From assembly GCA_963701075.1 (NCBI GenBank), contig OY969559.1, positions 1,760,001 to 1,824,000 on the forward strand: 64,000 nucleotides of DNA, in the 5' to 3' direction. Below, one piece after another: positions 51,324 to 62,199 of this stretch (its first letter is position 1; each line of letters starts with the position of its first letter). A program made the position numbers and the translations under genes. This DNA comes from an uncultured Nitrososphaerota archaeon (GTDB taxonomy: Archaea > Thermoproteota > Nitrososphaeria > Nitrososphaerales > Nitrosopumilaceae). The notes below the pieces were generated by a model. The model ran no database searches. It was given only the letters and a program-made list of their open reading frames with translations, and had not been told where the DNA came from.

Positions 51324-52361
51324 TTGGCTGATTTGGGCAAGAAAGCTGCAATCATCAAAGGAGATGGCACTGGTCCAGAACTTGTCGATGCTATGTTACG
51401 TGTTCTACGAGCTTGCAATACTCAAACTGAACTAATCTTGTGTGATGCAGGTTCTGAGCAGTGGGAAAAAAATGGTGGTGCCACCTACATTCCAGATTCG
51501 ACTATGAAATTGCTTGAAGAATGCAATGCATGTTACAAGGGACCTACTACAACAATTCCACGTCCCGATGCACCAAGAAGTGTGGCTGTTACCATACGTC
51601 AAAAATTTCAACTTTATAGTAATATCAGACCTATCAAGACATACGATAGGCTATCTCCAAACAAAAAATTGGATTTTGTTTGTTTCAGAGAAGCTACAGA
51701 GGGCCTCTATTCAGGAATTGAGTTCAAGATCTCCGATGATGCCGCTATTGCAATAAGGAAGACAACAAGAAAGGGCTGCCAAAGAATTGTCAAGGCTTCC
51801 TTTGCATGGGCAAAACAACGCAACATCAAAAAGATCTTTCCAATAACCAAGAGGAATATCCTAAAAGAGACAGATGGGATTTTCTGGAGCGAGGTAGAAA
51901 AAGCAAAGGCTGAGAACCCAGGTATCGAGGTAGAGGAATACTATATTGACAATATGACCCAGCAGTTGGTAAAAAATCCAGAGAGATTCAACGATTCAGT
52001 TTTGGTAAGTACCAATCTCTTCATGGATATCATATCAGAATGTGCATCAGGAAGCATCGGTTCAATTGGAAATGTCTATTCTGCCAATATAGGAGATTCT
52101 TATGCCATGTTTGAACCTGCCCATGGAAGTTCACCAAAATACAAAGGATTGGACAAGGTCAATCCCACGGCTGCTATTTTATCAGGCGCATGGATGGTTG
52201 AATATCTTGGTGAACCAGACATAAGAAATGCAATATTTGCTGCAACCGAGCAGGTAATCAATGAAGGAAAATATGTCACATACGATATTGGTGGAAATAC
52301 CAGCACTTCCAAGATGGCTGAAGTCATAGCAGATGTTTCAAAGCAAAAACTACGAAAGTAG
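51324..52361 (+). CDS. Isocitrate/isopropylmalate dehydrogenase family
   Basis: GDGTGPE, REATEGLY, FEPAHGS. Confidence 0.9.
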   Translation: MADLGKKAAIIKGDGTGPELVDAMLRVLRACNTQTELILCDAGSEQWEKNGGATYIPDSTMKLLEECNACYKGPTTTIPRPDAPRSVAVTIRQKFQLYSNIRPIKTYDRLSPNKKLDFVCFREATEGLYSGIEFKISDDAAIAIRKTTRKGCQRIVKASFAWAKQRNIKKIFPITKRNILKETDGIFWSEVEKAKAENPGIEVEEYYIDNMTQQLVKNPERFNDSVLVSTNLFMDIISECASGSIGSIGNVYSANIGDSYAMFEPAHGSSPKYKGLDKVNPTAAILSGAWMVEYLGEPDIRNAIFAATEQVINEGKYVTYDIGGNTSTSKMAEVIADVSKQKLRK

Positions 52362-52362
52362 A

Positions 52363-53292
52363 TTATATTCTTGTGTTCAGGTGCGAGCGGGTAGATATTA
52401 CTAGAACGGAAGCAATTGACAATACAAGAATAAAGTAAGATAGTGGACCAAATTCTGGAACTGTAGTTTTTCCATTTAGTGTAAAGTTCGCTGATGTCGG
52501 ATTTGGTTCTTGGCCTACGCTAATCTTAGGAATGGAAATAATATCTGATGAATAATCATTGCTTTCATTGGTCTGCCCGATAAGATTGTCTGCAGCTGCT
52601 TCAAAATTTAATCTATATTTTCCAGATTGAGGGTTATTCCATACAAAACTTACTGGAGAACTCTGTTTTGCTGGAACATTTGCGGTAGTTATGTTGTTAT
52701 AAAAAAGATATCCGGTATCATTTAGTATCCGTAGCCTAAAAATTATCGAGTTTGCATCAGTGCCTCCAGTATTTTCAATCTGTTTTGTCACTACCAGTCC
52801 CTGACTTGCATTACTGCCTTCATTTGTTATCAAGAGTGAACCATTAACCCATCCAAGCTCAGCATGAGTTGGATTGTCGTTTCTTACAACAACTACGCCA
52901 GAAGGCCACATGTCTACCTTATCATAGTATTGATACTTTCCCACAGTACCGAAGAATTGTGTGAAGGAATGGCCAGGAAGTATTTGGCCGCTATCAAATA
53001 ATCCCATAGGGCCATAATTTGGAGTGCCTGCCGTAGCAGTATGAGTTCTGGCATCATTGTTTACCCATGTAACAGTAGAACCCGGAGATATGTCAACCTC
53101 AAAAGGCTCGTAACATGATTGATATGGCAAACAATTGTTGGATGTACCATTAACGATTGTTACTTGAGTGTCTGCGGCATATGCACCTCCTGTCAGCATG
53201 AAAAGACAAGCAAGTATTGATCCAATACCATACATTACATATCTTAATTTCAATGAATCAAAGACGATCATCTTAGAGATAAATCCACCCAT
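52363..53292 (-). CDS. Cupredoxin-like surface protein with PEFG-CTERM
   Basis: VTWVNND...HTATAG; Ig-like domain; VPEFG + TM tail; canonical Cu-binding Cys absent (YYDKVDMW). Confidence 0.75.
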   Translation of the reverse strand: MGGFISKMIVFDSLKLRYVMYGIGSILACLFMLTGGAYAADTQVTIVNGTSNNCLPYQSCYEPFEVDISPGSTVTWVNNDARTHTATAGTPNYGPMGLFDSGQILPGHSFTQFFGTVGKYQYYDKVDMWPSGVVVVRNDNPTHAELGWVNGSLLITNEGSNASQGLVVTKQIENTGGTDANSIIFRLRILNDTGYLFYNNITTANVPAKQSSPVSFVWNNPQSGKYRLNFEAAADNLIGQTNESNDYSSDIISIPKISVGQEPNPTSANFTLNGKTTVPEFGPLSYFILVLSIASVLVISTRSHLNTRI

Positions 53293-53328
53293 GTCTTATG
53301 AGTAATGCTTATTCGCTTCCAGATAAGT

Positions 53329-53862
53329 TTAGAGTTTGACACATTCCACAAGTACCAGTTCTTCAAAGAACAGATTCTTTTTTGCAATTATTTTTACAGA
53401 AAAACCAAGGCTCTCAGTTCTTCTTACTAGTTCCTGATAATTTGCAAGAGATGATGTCAGGTATACCAGTTTGCCGTTCTGCCTGACCACTTTGCTTGCT
53501 GATTTTATTATGTTTATAGTAACGCCAAGACCTTCTGCCAAGCCATCTACTGCAGGGTCTGCAATTTCCTCTGATGGCAAATATGGTAAGTTACATACCA
53601 CTAGATCAAAATTGCAATTCAGAGCATCTGCCGCATTGCAGCAGATGCAATTTTCTACAATCTCATGTGCCTTTTTCAGCGCACGAAAATTGATATCAGT
53701 AGCCACTACAAATTCAAAATTATCAGATAAAACCCTTGCAAGAAAACCAGATCCTGTTCCTATGTCAAGCGCAGTGTTTCCTTTTTCGTTTTGAATGTGG
53801 TCAGCTAGAAATAGTGTGTCCTCTGCTGGCTTGTAATATTCATCAAATGATTTTTTTTGCAA
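53329..53862 (-). CDS. HemK2/PrmC-like methyltransferase
   Basis: YKPAEDT, DIGTGSG, NLPY. Confidence 0.85.
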   Translation of the reverse strand: MQKKSFDEYYKPAEDTLFLADHIQNEKGNTALDIGTGSGFLARVLSDNFEFVVATDINFRALKKAHEIVENCICCNAADALNCNFDLVVCNLPYLPSEEIADPAVDGLAEGLGVTINIIKSASKVVRQNGKLVYLTSSLANYQELVRRTESLGFSVKIIAKKNLFFEELVLVECVKL

Positions 53863-54550
53863 TATCGATTATTTCTCCATCAGATAGGTCTTCCAGTCTT
53901 TTATCAGAGTCTATAGTCAGGTTAAATTGTCTTGCAACATTTCGTACCGTCTTTCTTCTAAAGGAAAAGAGATTATTGACTGCCATTATGATGTCTTCAG
54001 ATACGCTTTGTTTTGGTTCAAGGTACAATACCACTGAATCAACCTTTGGTTGAGGCTGAAAATTTGTTTTCTTGACATCCATGAGCTTTGTCATTTCCAT
54101 GCAATAGCTGGCAAGTACAGAGATGGCTCTTCTGCCCTTCCCCTTTCCTGCAAGCAACTTTTGAGCAAATTCCTTCTGAACCATTATTACTGCGTGAGAA
54201 AACTTCCTTTGTACTAGCCATTCCATGGCATTTCTGCTCTCAGAATACGGTAGATTTGAGACAAATACGGTAAAATCCATGTCCATCTCAAAGGCATCAC
54301 CATGCTCCAGAGTCAGATTTGGGACATTGGAGAATTTTCTTTTTGCATCAATGTAGAGTCTAGAATCCTTCTCAACAGAGATCACACTTTTTGCCTTATC
54401 ACACAGGTAAGGAATCAGTATGCCTCTACCAGTTCCCACTTCGAGAACAACATCACTTTTTTTTATGGCAGCAAGATCAACTATAGATTTTGCAATTAAA
54501 TCAGATGTTAGGAAATGTTGCCCCAGTGAATGGCGTTTATTTTCTGACAA
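53843..54550 (-). CDS. ksgA: 16S rRNA adenine dimethyltransferase
   Basis: LGQHFL, EVGTG.G, SNLPY, PKVDS. Confidence 0.92.
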   Translation of the reverse strand: MSENKRHSLGQHFLTSDLIAKSIVDLAAIKKSDVVLEVGTGRGILIPYLCDKAKSVISVEKDSRLYIDAKRKFSNVPNLTLEHGDAFEMDMDFTVFVSNLPYSESRNAMEWLVQRKFSHAVIMVQKEFAQKLLAGKGKGRRAISVLASYCMEMTKLMDVKKTNFQPQPKVDSVVLYLEPKQSVSEDIIMAVNNLFSFRRKTVRNVARQFNLTIDSDKRLEDLSDGEIIDIAKKII

Positions 54551-55097
54551 AGAGATTCATCCTAGTTTCACCAGTGATCTCTTCGATGATTCTCTTTGCA
54601 ACTTGTTTTGCAGGTTCTTTGAGTCCCACTCTTCCTTGCAGGTCCTTGAAATCAGAAAATTTTCGTTTTTCTCGCTCTTCAAGCATTGTCTTCATGTAGG
54701 TTTTTCCAATACCTGGAATCAATTCTAGTGCATGTATTCTAGGAGTCAGGGGCTGGGCATTGTTTAGATAATCTACAAATCTTTGTTCGTTCTGCATGAC
54801 TATCTTTTCAACCACAGATATTAGTTCACTTTGTGCAGAAGATGAGATTTGATTAAATTCTAGCCTTCCCAGTACTGAAAGAATTTTTGTTCTTCCTTCC
54901 TTTCCTATGTAAACACGTTCACCAATTTCAAAAGTAGAATTTGGCATTGCAAGTAACTCTAGTATCGTAAGCCTTTCCTCACCTAATGCTGTAACAATAA
55001 TTCCATCTCTTCCTCTTACGGTGGTGGACTTGCCCCTAGTTACAAAATCTAATACGTATGCGTACTCTTCATACTTTCTAGTTTGAGCTCTCTCCAA
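54537..55097 (-). CDS. DUF655 putative RNA-binding protein
   Basis: EEYAYVLD, HALELIPGIGK; conserved gene order. Confidence 0.88.
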   Translation of the reverse strand: MERAQTRKYEEYAYVLDFVTRGKSTTVRGRDGIIVTALGEERLTILELLAMPNSTFEIGERVYIGKEGRTKILSVLGRLEFNQISSSAQSELISVVEKIVMQNEQRFVDYLNNAQPLTPRIHALELIPGIGKTYMKTMLEEREKRKFSDFKDLQGRVGLKEPAKQVAKRIIEEITGETRMNLFVRK

Positions 55098-55116
55098 GAA
55101 AACTCTACTCCTGAAA

Positions 55117-55443
55117 TCAGGCGTTCTCCTTGATAAGCTTTAGCATTTTTTCAAGCGTTTCTGCTAGAATAAGTTTTTTCCAGCCAAAAGTAAACGCTCT
55201 CAGTTCGGCCTCAGTAGTTGGAAGATTGTTTACAATCTCAACTGCTTCTTCGTCAGTGATGCTGCAATCTTTGACAAGTTGTTGCTTGAGTTTTTTTCCG
55301 GCCTTTGAATCGATTTTTGCAAACTTGGTAACATAATCATATGTCCATCGCTGAATTTGATCCATAGATTCAGGATCTACCTTTTCCATAATTTCTTTAA
55401 CCTCTGGGATAGAGATAGGTTGTTTTTTCTTAACTTCTTCCAT
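55117..55443 (-). CDS. rpo4: RNA polymerase subunit Rpo4 (RpoF)
   Basis: QRWTYDYVTKFAK, EIVNNLPTT..ELR; located after L21e. Confidence 0.88.
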   Translation of the reverse strand: MEEVKKKQPISIPEVKEIMEKVDPESMDQIQRWTYDYVTKFAKIDSKAGKKLKQQLVKDCSITDEEAVEIVNNLPTTEAELRAFTFGWKKLILAETLEKMLKLIKENA

Positions 55444-55445
55444 AT

Positions 55446-55745
55446 TTACACACCAAACGGTTTGATATGGTCTAACCTAGTGATTAAGGTTTTTGATTTT
55501 TTACCAAGATTGACTGCTAATTTTACTGTCCTGCGCCCCACTTCTTTTACAGTACCTACCTTTCCATGATACCTACGATGTGGTAGAGCTTTATGTTGAG
55601 ACGGGTCTATTATCACTAAGACTTTGTCCCCGACCTTGTACTCTCGCAGTAAGAATGAGACTCCTCTAACCTCGTCCTTTGTCATTACGGATCGCGCCTT
55701 GTGCATAAATCCGTGAGAGTGACCTCGCGGCTTCTTAGTAGTCAT
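55446..55745 (-). CDS. rpl21e: 50S ribosomal protein L21e
   Basis: GDKV...IDPS.HK.LPHRRYHGKVG, HIKP. Confidence 0.95.
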   Translation of the reverse strand: MTTKKPRGHSHGFMHKARSVMTKDEVRGVSFLLREYKVGDKVLVIIDPSQHKALPHRRYHGKVGTVKEVGRRTVKLAVNLGKKSKTLITRLDHIKPFGV

Positions 55746-55858
55746 ATCGCTAAGACTCTAGTTGACCTTAATTTAACACTTACTAGCGGTAAAAAGGAAA
55801 GTCGGTCTTGTTTTGGGTCTTGAGAACTTCAATAACTGACAAATAAAGGAAATGAGGT

Positions 55859-56858
55859 TTATTCCTCTGGATCTTCTTTCTTTTTCTTCTTTGTCTCTTC
55901 TTCTGGGTCTGCTACACCACCCTCGGTAACAGTAAAGAGTACTTCTTGTTCGGGGTGATGTGGGCTGTCTACCATTCTTGCAATTCTCTTCTTACCAGAT
56001 TTCTTTAGGTAAACACGATAAGTTGAGGCGTGACCGACAACATTTCCTCCGACTGGTCTTGTTGGATCTCCAAAGAACGTGTCAGGAGATGACTGAACTT
56101 GGTTGGTAGCTATTATTGCAACATTATACGCTTCAGCAGTTCTAGCAAGCAAATGCATGAACTTGTTTAGTCTTTGTTGTCTTACGGAGAGAGTTCCTCT
56201 ACCAAGATATTCTGCTCTGAACAATCCAACTGCAGAATCTACTACAATTAATTTTATCTTGTTTTCTTCAACTACAGGACCAACTTCTTGCATTATTAGT
56301 TCTTGGTGAGAGCTATTGTATGCTTTTGCTACTATGATTCTGTCAAGGGCTTTTTCTGGATCTAATCCTTTTGCTTTTGCAATTGAGACAATTCTTTCTG
56401 GTCTGAATGTTCCTTCTGTATCAATATACAAAACTCCTCCATCTAGTCCACCTTCTTCTTTTGGTTTTTGTACATTTACACATAATGTGTGACAAAGTTG
56501 TGTCTTTCCAGAGCCAAATTCACCATAGACTTCTGTAACTGCTTGTGTTTCGATTCCTCCATCAAATAGAGTATCAAGTGAATTAGTTCCAGTAGAGATC
56601 TTGCCTATATCCTGTCTTCTTTTGTAGATCTCAGTTGCGCTGACAAACTCTTTTTGAAGTTGACCGTTTTCAACCAGTTGTTGTCTTGCCTTGTTTACTA
56701 TTTTTACAGCTGCATCAATATCCATACCGGTAATTTCAGATATATCCACGGGACCTCTTACAACAAGATCCAGTATGTTATGGACTCCTGCATCACTGAG
56801 ACTTCTTGGAAGTTACGGGGCCTACCCCTTCTAGACTTTCTAATCTTAAATCATCCAT
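55859..56858 (-). CDS. radA: DNA repair and recombination protein RadA (frameshift near 56807)
   Basis: GEFGSGKTQ, YIDTEGTFRPER, NQV; HhH N-terminus MDDLRLESLEGVGP upstream in another frame. Confidence 0.93.
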
Positions 56859-57006
56859 CTTACCGTATGTTACGGTACGAGTACCTAATAAAGATATTGT
56901 TTGAAGGCTCTGTAAAGTTATCGGCTCAGCAAAAAACTGTAAAAATCGGCTCATTTGGACACCCTTTTAAAACACAGACACGATCTTCGAAACTAAGAAA
57001 CTATCA

Positions 57007-57804
57007 ATGTTTTACCAATGGATTATCAAAATTTTGGGTGTTATGCTTGGAAGTGTTTTAACAGTCTTGACTTTAATATTTCCAAATGCTACCAAAGCCT
57101 TCCTGATTGCTCATTTAGGAATAACAGACTCGACAATTGTGTCAGATTTGATATTTGGAACGGGTATAGTAGTAGCAATTGGAGTGGCTATCATCATAAT
57201 TCATAGTATACTCAAACATCTAGGGTATAGAATTATTCGTCAGGAAAATGGATTAACAAAACCAATGCCAAATCAAGAATTAGATAAAAAACCTCAAAAT
57301 GGTTCTCGGGATGAATTATTATTGGATAGTACAAGTACAATTAGTCCACAAACAAAAGAACAACAAGAATTGTACAAGGAAAAACCCCAAAAATCAAAGT
57401 TAGAAGATCTAATACAGGAATTAGACGCATTTAGGAAAAAATGGTCAAAACGTCGTGGTTGGAAAATTGGTTATCGTAGTAATATTCAAGACAGAAATAT
57501 GGGTAAGGGCACTATAGAAGAATTACGAGAGAAATCAAGACAGATACAATGGAAAATTAAATACTTTAAAGAATTAGAAATCGCAGATTCTCAAAATGTT
57601 CTCATTCCGTTAGAACAAATTGCAGATAGAATAACAGCTTTCACATTAGAAATCGAATCAACTTTTCAGGATAAATATCTAAAAGAAGCTAAGAAAATAG
57701 AATCTGAAAAAATAAACCGACTTCTATTAGATGGAGATAGAATCAATGGAGAGTTGAAATTGCTTATTCAACAATTAGAATCGTTAATAAGAAAACTACC
57801 ATGA
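57007..57804 (+). CDS. IS6 passenger: two-TM protein with helical C-terminus
   Basis: 265-aa AT-rich ORF inside the TIRs. Confidence 0.65.
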   Translation: MFYQWIIKILGVMLGSVLTVLTLIFPNATKAFLIAHLGITDSTIVSDLIFGTGIVVAIGVAIIIIHSILKHLGYRIIRQENGLTKPMPNQELDKKPQNGSRDELLLDSTSTISPQTKEQQELYKEKPQKSKLEDLIQELDAFRKKWSKRRGWKIGYRSNIQDRNMGKGTIEELREKSRQIQWKIKYFKELEIADSQNVLIPLEQIADRITAFTLEIESTFQDKYLKEAKKIESEKINRLLLDGDRINGELKLLIQQLESLIRKLP

Positions 57805-57808
57805 TGAG

Positions 57809-57949
57809 CTATCCTGATTTTCTTAAATACTCACTTAGTATGACTCTAATAGTTTCAGGTAACGTTTCTAACATTCTTTCCTTACGTTCCTTCTCTAATG
57901 CCCGTTCCATTTCTTCAGGTATAGAAACCATAAATCGCTTCATTGCCAT
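57809..57949 (-). CDS. Small RHH/CopG-like regulator of the IS6
   Basis: MAMKRFMVSIPEEMERALEKERKER...ETIRVILSEYL; divergent from the transposase. Confidence 0.7.
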   Translation of the reverse strand: MAMKRFMVSIPEEMERALEKERKERMLETLPETIRVILSEYLRKSG

Positions 57950-58012
57950 GTACTTATTGATACTTATAGATATATTTAATAATATCGCTATGTATAGTAT
58001 CAATAGGTATCT

Positions 58013-59171
58013 AATGAAACAACTAGACAAATGCAATAGAGAGGAAAGCGGAAAGGAAATAGCCCTTAATCCCAATCAGCAGATTCTAAGAATCAACGAT
58101 TACACTTATCACGTAAAATCACAGACTACCAAGAGAGAATATGACGTAATCTCTACTGAAAGCGGTTGGATTTGCACATGCCCAGATCACACATACAGAA
58201 AGATATGCTGTAAGCATATCCACGCAGTAGAATTTTCAATCAGGCTTCGAGAACAAGTGCGAAAGGAAAGATCAGTAACCATACAACAAGTAAACGTAAC
58301 TGCTTGCCCTGATTGCATGTCTGAGAACTTTGTAAGGCATGGAATCAGACACAACAAGCTTGGAGATATTCAAAGATACTATTGCAACGACTGTAAGAAA
58401 TGGTTCAGTTTCAATCTCGGATTTGAAAAGATGCACGCCACACCACAGGCGATAACATCAGCAATGCAACTCTATTTTACAGGCGAATCACTAAGAAGCG
58501 TTCAAAAGTTCTTGAAACTTCAAGGAATCAAAGTTTCTCACATGACCGTTTACAACTGGATCAGCAAATACACTAGTCTAATGGAAAAGTATCTCGAAAA
58601 GATAACTCCACAGGTAGGAGATACTTGGAGAGCCGATGAAGTGTGGGTAAAGGTAAAAGGCGACAAAAAGTATCTATTTGCACTGATGGATGATGAAACA
58701 CGATACTGGATAGCAAAGGAAGTGTCAGACAAGAAGGAAGGTCACGATGCTAGCGGACTATTTAGAGAAGCAAAGCAAGTAACAAAGACTAGTCCTAAAG
58801 TTATGATAACAGACGGCTTACCATCTTATGATGAAGCATTTAGGAAGGAATTTTTCACACAAAAGAATCCTAGAACCGTTCACATCAAGCATATCAGAAT
58901 GTCAGGGGATATGAATAACAATAAAATGGAAAGACTCAACGGTGAGTTTAGAGATAGAGAAAAAGTAGTCAGAGGACTAAAGAAGGAAGATTCGCCACTG
59001 ATTAACGGTTATCAGATATTTCACAACTATATCCGACCACACATGGCTTTAGACGGCAAGACACCAAGCGAAGCTTGCGGTATAAAGATCGAGGGTGACA
59101 ACAAGTGGCTTACACTAATTCAAAATGCCGAAATGAGCCGACAATTTACAGGGAGAAAAATGTGCCGTTGA
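58013..59171 (+). CDS. IS6-family DDE transposase with SWIM and zinc-ribbon domains
   Basis: CTCPD...CKH, CPDC/CNDC, WRADE, ITDGL.SY, NNKMER, HNYIRPH. Confidence 0.92.
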
Positions 59172-59240
59172 TTGTACAGAGCCTGTTTGAAGGTGCTGTA
59201 TAATCTGCGGTTGATAAATTTACTGTAAAGAATCGGTTGA

Positions 59241-59543
59241 TTATGGAATTGTAGGATTTTCTTTTGTACTTCTAATGTTCTGCATTCTGATCTGTTCTTC
59301 TTTTTTTACACTTGCCAAACATTTTAAAAATTTATCATGACCGATTTTGCTTTTATTAATGAAGTAACGTATCTGGATCTCTGGAATGTGATTTTTTCTA
59401 GGCAGTAAAATCTCAGTTTTTCCATCATATAGTAAAAAATTATCTACGACTGGCGGTCCTAACTTAAAACCATATTTCATAAAAACGGGTAACAAAATGT
59501 ACCAACTTTCATCTCTTGGTACCTTCAGACTTGGTGGATCCAT
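59241..59543 (-). CDS. HicA-like toxin
   Basis: K.GF.L...N...Y......LLP...I......I..S.I pattern; paired with a HicB-like gene. Confidence 0.45.
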   Translation of the reverse strand: MDPPSLKVPRDESWYILLPVFMKYGFKLGPPVVDNFLLYDGKTEILLPRKNHIPEIQIRYFINKSKIGHDKFLKCLASVKKEEQIRMQNIRSTKENPTIP

Positions 59544-59555
59544 TAAGATCCACGA

Positions 59556-59804
59556 TTAACAGCGTACTTTAAAACTCTTTAATCCCGCTGTACTTGCTCT
59601 AGAGCTTTTTAAAATATCATGAGCTATCGGTGAGGTATGCAGATATGCTACAGCTAGATCTTTTAATTTATTATTCACTATTTTGGACGTATCCCCATAA
59701 GCAGACACAGCTGGAAGATTGGCGATATAGCCAAAGTAGTTTCCTTTTGAATCAACTTTGAGGTCATAGTTCAATATGTGAACGCATCCTCTTGGCATTG
59801 TCAT
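59556..59804 (-). CDS. HicB-like antitoxin
   Basis: D..GNYFGYIANLPAVSAYGDT motif. Confidence 0.65.
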   Translation of the reverse strand: MTMPRGCVHILNYDLKVDSKGNYFGYIANLPAVSAYGDTSKIVNNKLKDLAVAYLHTSPIAHDILKSSRASTAGLKSFKVRC

Positions 59805-59944
59805 GTTATAATTAACAATAAACGATTATTTAGAAATTACTCATTTGGTATCACACTTTTTTTTTATTGTGATACTAGAGTGGTAATAGAGACATCTTTC
59901 TACCTTACATGAGAGGCGTTCTCAATAATGGTTTTCCATTTATT

Positions 59945-60110
59945 CTCACCCTTAATCTCAATTCCTGCCCTGTCTGCTGGCGTTTGACCGTCTAGTGCCA
60001 TGCGCGGTCACGTAATTATGAAAGATTTGATAGCCCTTAATCAAAGGCGAGTCGTCTTTTTTCAATCCCCTTACTACCTTTTCATGATCTCGGATCTCCC
60101 ATTCAATCTC
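59945..60110 (-). pseudogene. IS6 transposase 3' fragment
   Basis: EIRDHEKVVRGLKKDDSPLIKGYQIFHNY matches the C-terminus of the intact IS6 transposase. Confidence 0.8.
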
Positions 60111-60139
60111 TGGTTCTGTCAACTTGATAGCACATCCCT

Positions 60140-60388
60140 TCACTTTTTCTCCGTGTCAACTGTAGGTTCATTTTTACCATTCCATACGTGATACATTCTG
60201 AGGGAATACAGAATACTAATCAGTATTACTATCCCAAACATAACAAAGAGTAATGGAATACCTGTCGTCAGTTTATCTGGTGTTAATTGATACTTTTGTA
60301 TAACAAAGTAGGAAATTATTGAGTAGATAGCCGTAATAATAACAACTCTTGCAATGAGGTCTTTAGTAACCGTTCCAAAAATTCTCAT
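60140..60388 (-). CDS. Small two-TM membrane protein between IS6 relics
   Basis: 82 aa, two hydrophobic helices. Confidence 0.55.
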   Translation of the reverse strand: MRIFGTVTKDLIARVVIITAIYSIISYFVIQKYQLTPDKLTTGIPLLFVMFGIVILISILYSLRMYHVWNGKNEPTVDTEKK

Positions 60389-60424
60389 GTTTGTTTTTCA
60401 CTCGCATTTTGAATTAAGGTTTTC

Positions 60425-60580
60425 CACTTGTCATTCCCATGAATTGTTATACCACGAACTTCCGCAGGAGTCTTACCTTCTAAAGCCATGCAAGGTCTAA
60501 TGTAGTTATAAAATATCTAATAGCCTGAGATTAACGGAGAATTTTTCTTTTTGATTCCTTGTACACTTTCTCTCTGTCAA
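60425..60580 (-). pseudogene. Second IS6 transposase 3' fragment
   Basis: Minus strand reads DREKV.GIK...SPLISGY*IFYNYIRPCMALEGKTPAE with an internal stop. Confidence 0.75.
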
Positions 60581-60647
60581 TAGTCAGTTATGAATTAGAA
60601 TTTACACTAGCCATTGACTCCGTTCCGGTTTAGAGTCTAAGATAGCG

Positions 60648-60890
60648 TTATGGGATTGTATGGTATTTGCGCCCAGCAGCTCCCCATGCTATGGAAAAGG
60701 CAACTACACCAGCCACTAGAATCATTCCATACTGTTGTGCTGTAACTAGTGGTGTGCATCCAATGTATCCGTAAGCTTGTTCTCCACATGATGGTTGTTG
60801 CTGTGCAAAGGCTAAGTCGGTACCTGCAATAGCAAGTATACCTACTACCATGGTAACTCCAGCCAGTTTTGCTGTGCCTAGGTTAACCAT
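60648..60890 (-). CDS. Small exported/membrane protein
   Basis: Signal-like N-terminus, C..C loop, C-terminal TM. Confidence 0.55.
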   Translation of the reverse strand: MVNLGTAKLAGVTMVVGILAIAGTDLAFAQQQPSCGEQAYGYIGCTPLVTAQQYGMILVAGVVAFSIAWGAAGRKYHTIP

Positions 60891-61166
60891 ATCATAAATA
60901 GGACACCGCGATATTTACGCTTTAATTAGGACTTTCAGTTTTTCATCAAAAGTCAGGAAATCTCACGCTAATTTACGTGCCAGATTTTTTAATCTGTCAA
61001 ATATCTTGTAACCTTAATTCTACAATCATCACACCGCAAATACTTTATTTCACAATCATTATTCATTCTGATTTTACATAAAGAATATTCGTATGTGATC
61101 ATAGTTCTCACCGTTTAGGCGCGTTCCATTTTGTTATTGTTTATGATACCTTGCAATTTGAGACGG

Positions 61167-61500
61167 TTAACTTTCCATGGTTTTGAAAAATCTTTCCATC
61201 TCTTTTTCTATATCTACTAACTTCTCTAATTCCAATTTGATATCATCTAAAATGGACTGGTAGTCTCCCTTGTACACTTCTTTTAATATGATCCGTAGAT
61301 ATTCCGGATGCTCGTAACAATCTATAATTGTGCAATGGTAAAGAGAATCAAGTTTGGCCATTACCAGATGATAATTGGTATTTCCCCTTCTCATCAAGAC
61401 TACCTCTACACAGGTCATAAAGGCTAGCTTGTTTTGTTCCCGAGTAGAGTGCATCATCGTGAACCACGTTTGATATTTTATAATATTTTGTATCATGGGA
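61167..61500 (-). CDS. Thaumarchaeal output-domain (NitrOD5-like) protein
   Basis: LDSLYHCTIIDCYEHPEYLR.ILKEVY motif; start uncertain. Confidence 0.6.
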
Positions 61501-61558
61501 TTTGAAATTAATGATTCATGATTTTTTAAGTATGGCCTTGGCCAGTCCAGCGACTTTT

Positions 61559-62110
61559 CTATAATCCTTGCAATCTTCTTTTCTTTCTTTCTTTTAGGAT
61601 TACCCATCCAAATCCAATACTTGCTACTCCACAGACAACTGCTTCCACACCAATTCTTAGCAGCGTGCTTGCCCCAGGCTGATGAAGAACAAACAGGTTA
61701 TAGCTTACAACTTCGTTTGAATTATCTGAAATATCTAGAGTATAGCTACCTGGCTGCACTATCCACACAGTAGAGTCTGTTGTATCAACTCCTTTCATAT
61801 CTACCGGATCAGTGTCAGTCTGCGCACAGTCTGTAGTGTCACTATCTCCCTCAGGACACAATGTAACACTTGGATTTCCCTGAGTAACTTGGAATTTTAC
61901 AAACTTGTCATTTTGTGCAACATCTACTGTCAAAAGAGAATTTTGTGGTCCAGAGTCAGCATTTGTAAAGCTTATCGTATCAGAGACAACGGGAGTTTCT
62001 TCTAGTTCTGAAATTCTGACAAGGGTAGAACCAAACCATACAAGAAGACATATGCTAACTATTTCTGCTATAACATAAATTTTAAAATTCAAAGCAAACT
62101 CCTTTTCCAC
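61559..62110 (-). CDS. Membrane protein with extracellular beta domain
   Basis: N- and C-terminal TM; PGSYTL. Confidence 0.6.
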   Translation of the reverse strand: MEKEFALNFKIYVIAEIVSICLLVWFGSTLVRISELEETPVVSDTISFTNADSGPQNSLLTVDVAQNDKFVKFQVTQGNPSVTLCPEGDSDTTDCAQTDTDPVDMKGVDTTDSTVWIVQPGSYTLDISDNSNEVVSYNLFVLHQPGASTLLRIGVEAVVCGVASIGFGWVILKERKKRRLQGL

Positions 62111-62199
62111 ATACCTTGTTATATACTATAATAGCCCCTTTGTATTTAAAATCCTTCAATGCCAAATATTTACAAAATCAATATTTATGAATTGATTAT

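Larger units (their letters stand above)
56906..59183 (+). mobile_element. IS6-family transposon with passenger genes
   Basis: Imperfect 23-bp TIR GGCTCTGTAAAGTTATCGGCTCA / TGTGCCGTTGATTGTACAGAGCC; 8-bp TSD TGTTTGAA (56898-56905, 59184-59191); subterminal repeat copies. Confidence 0.9.

Noticed and set aside
1317-56858. Frameshifts in lysX, ribK, the amidotransferase, acyl-CoA synthetase, helicase, RHH regulator and radA as programmed frameshifting or pseudogenisation
   Set aside because: Single-base indels scattered through essential genes, often in short homopolymers, with no other decay; most likely assembly or sequencing errors.
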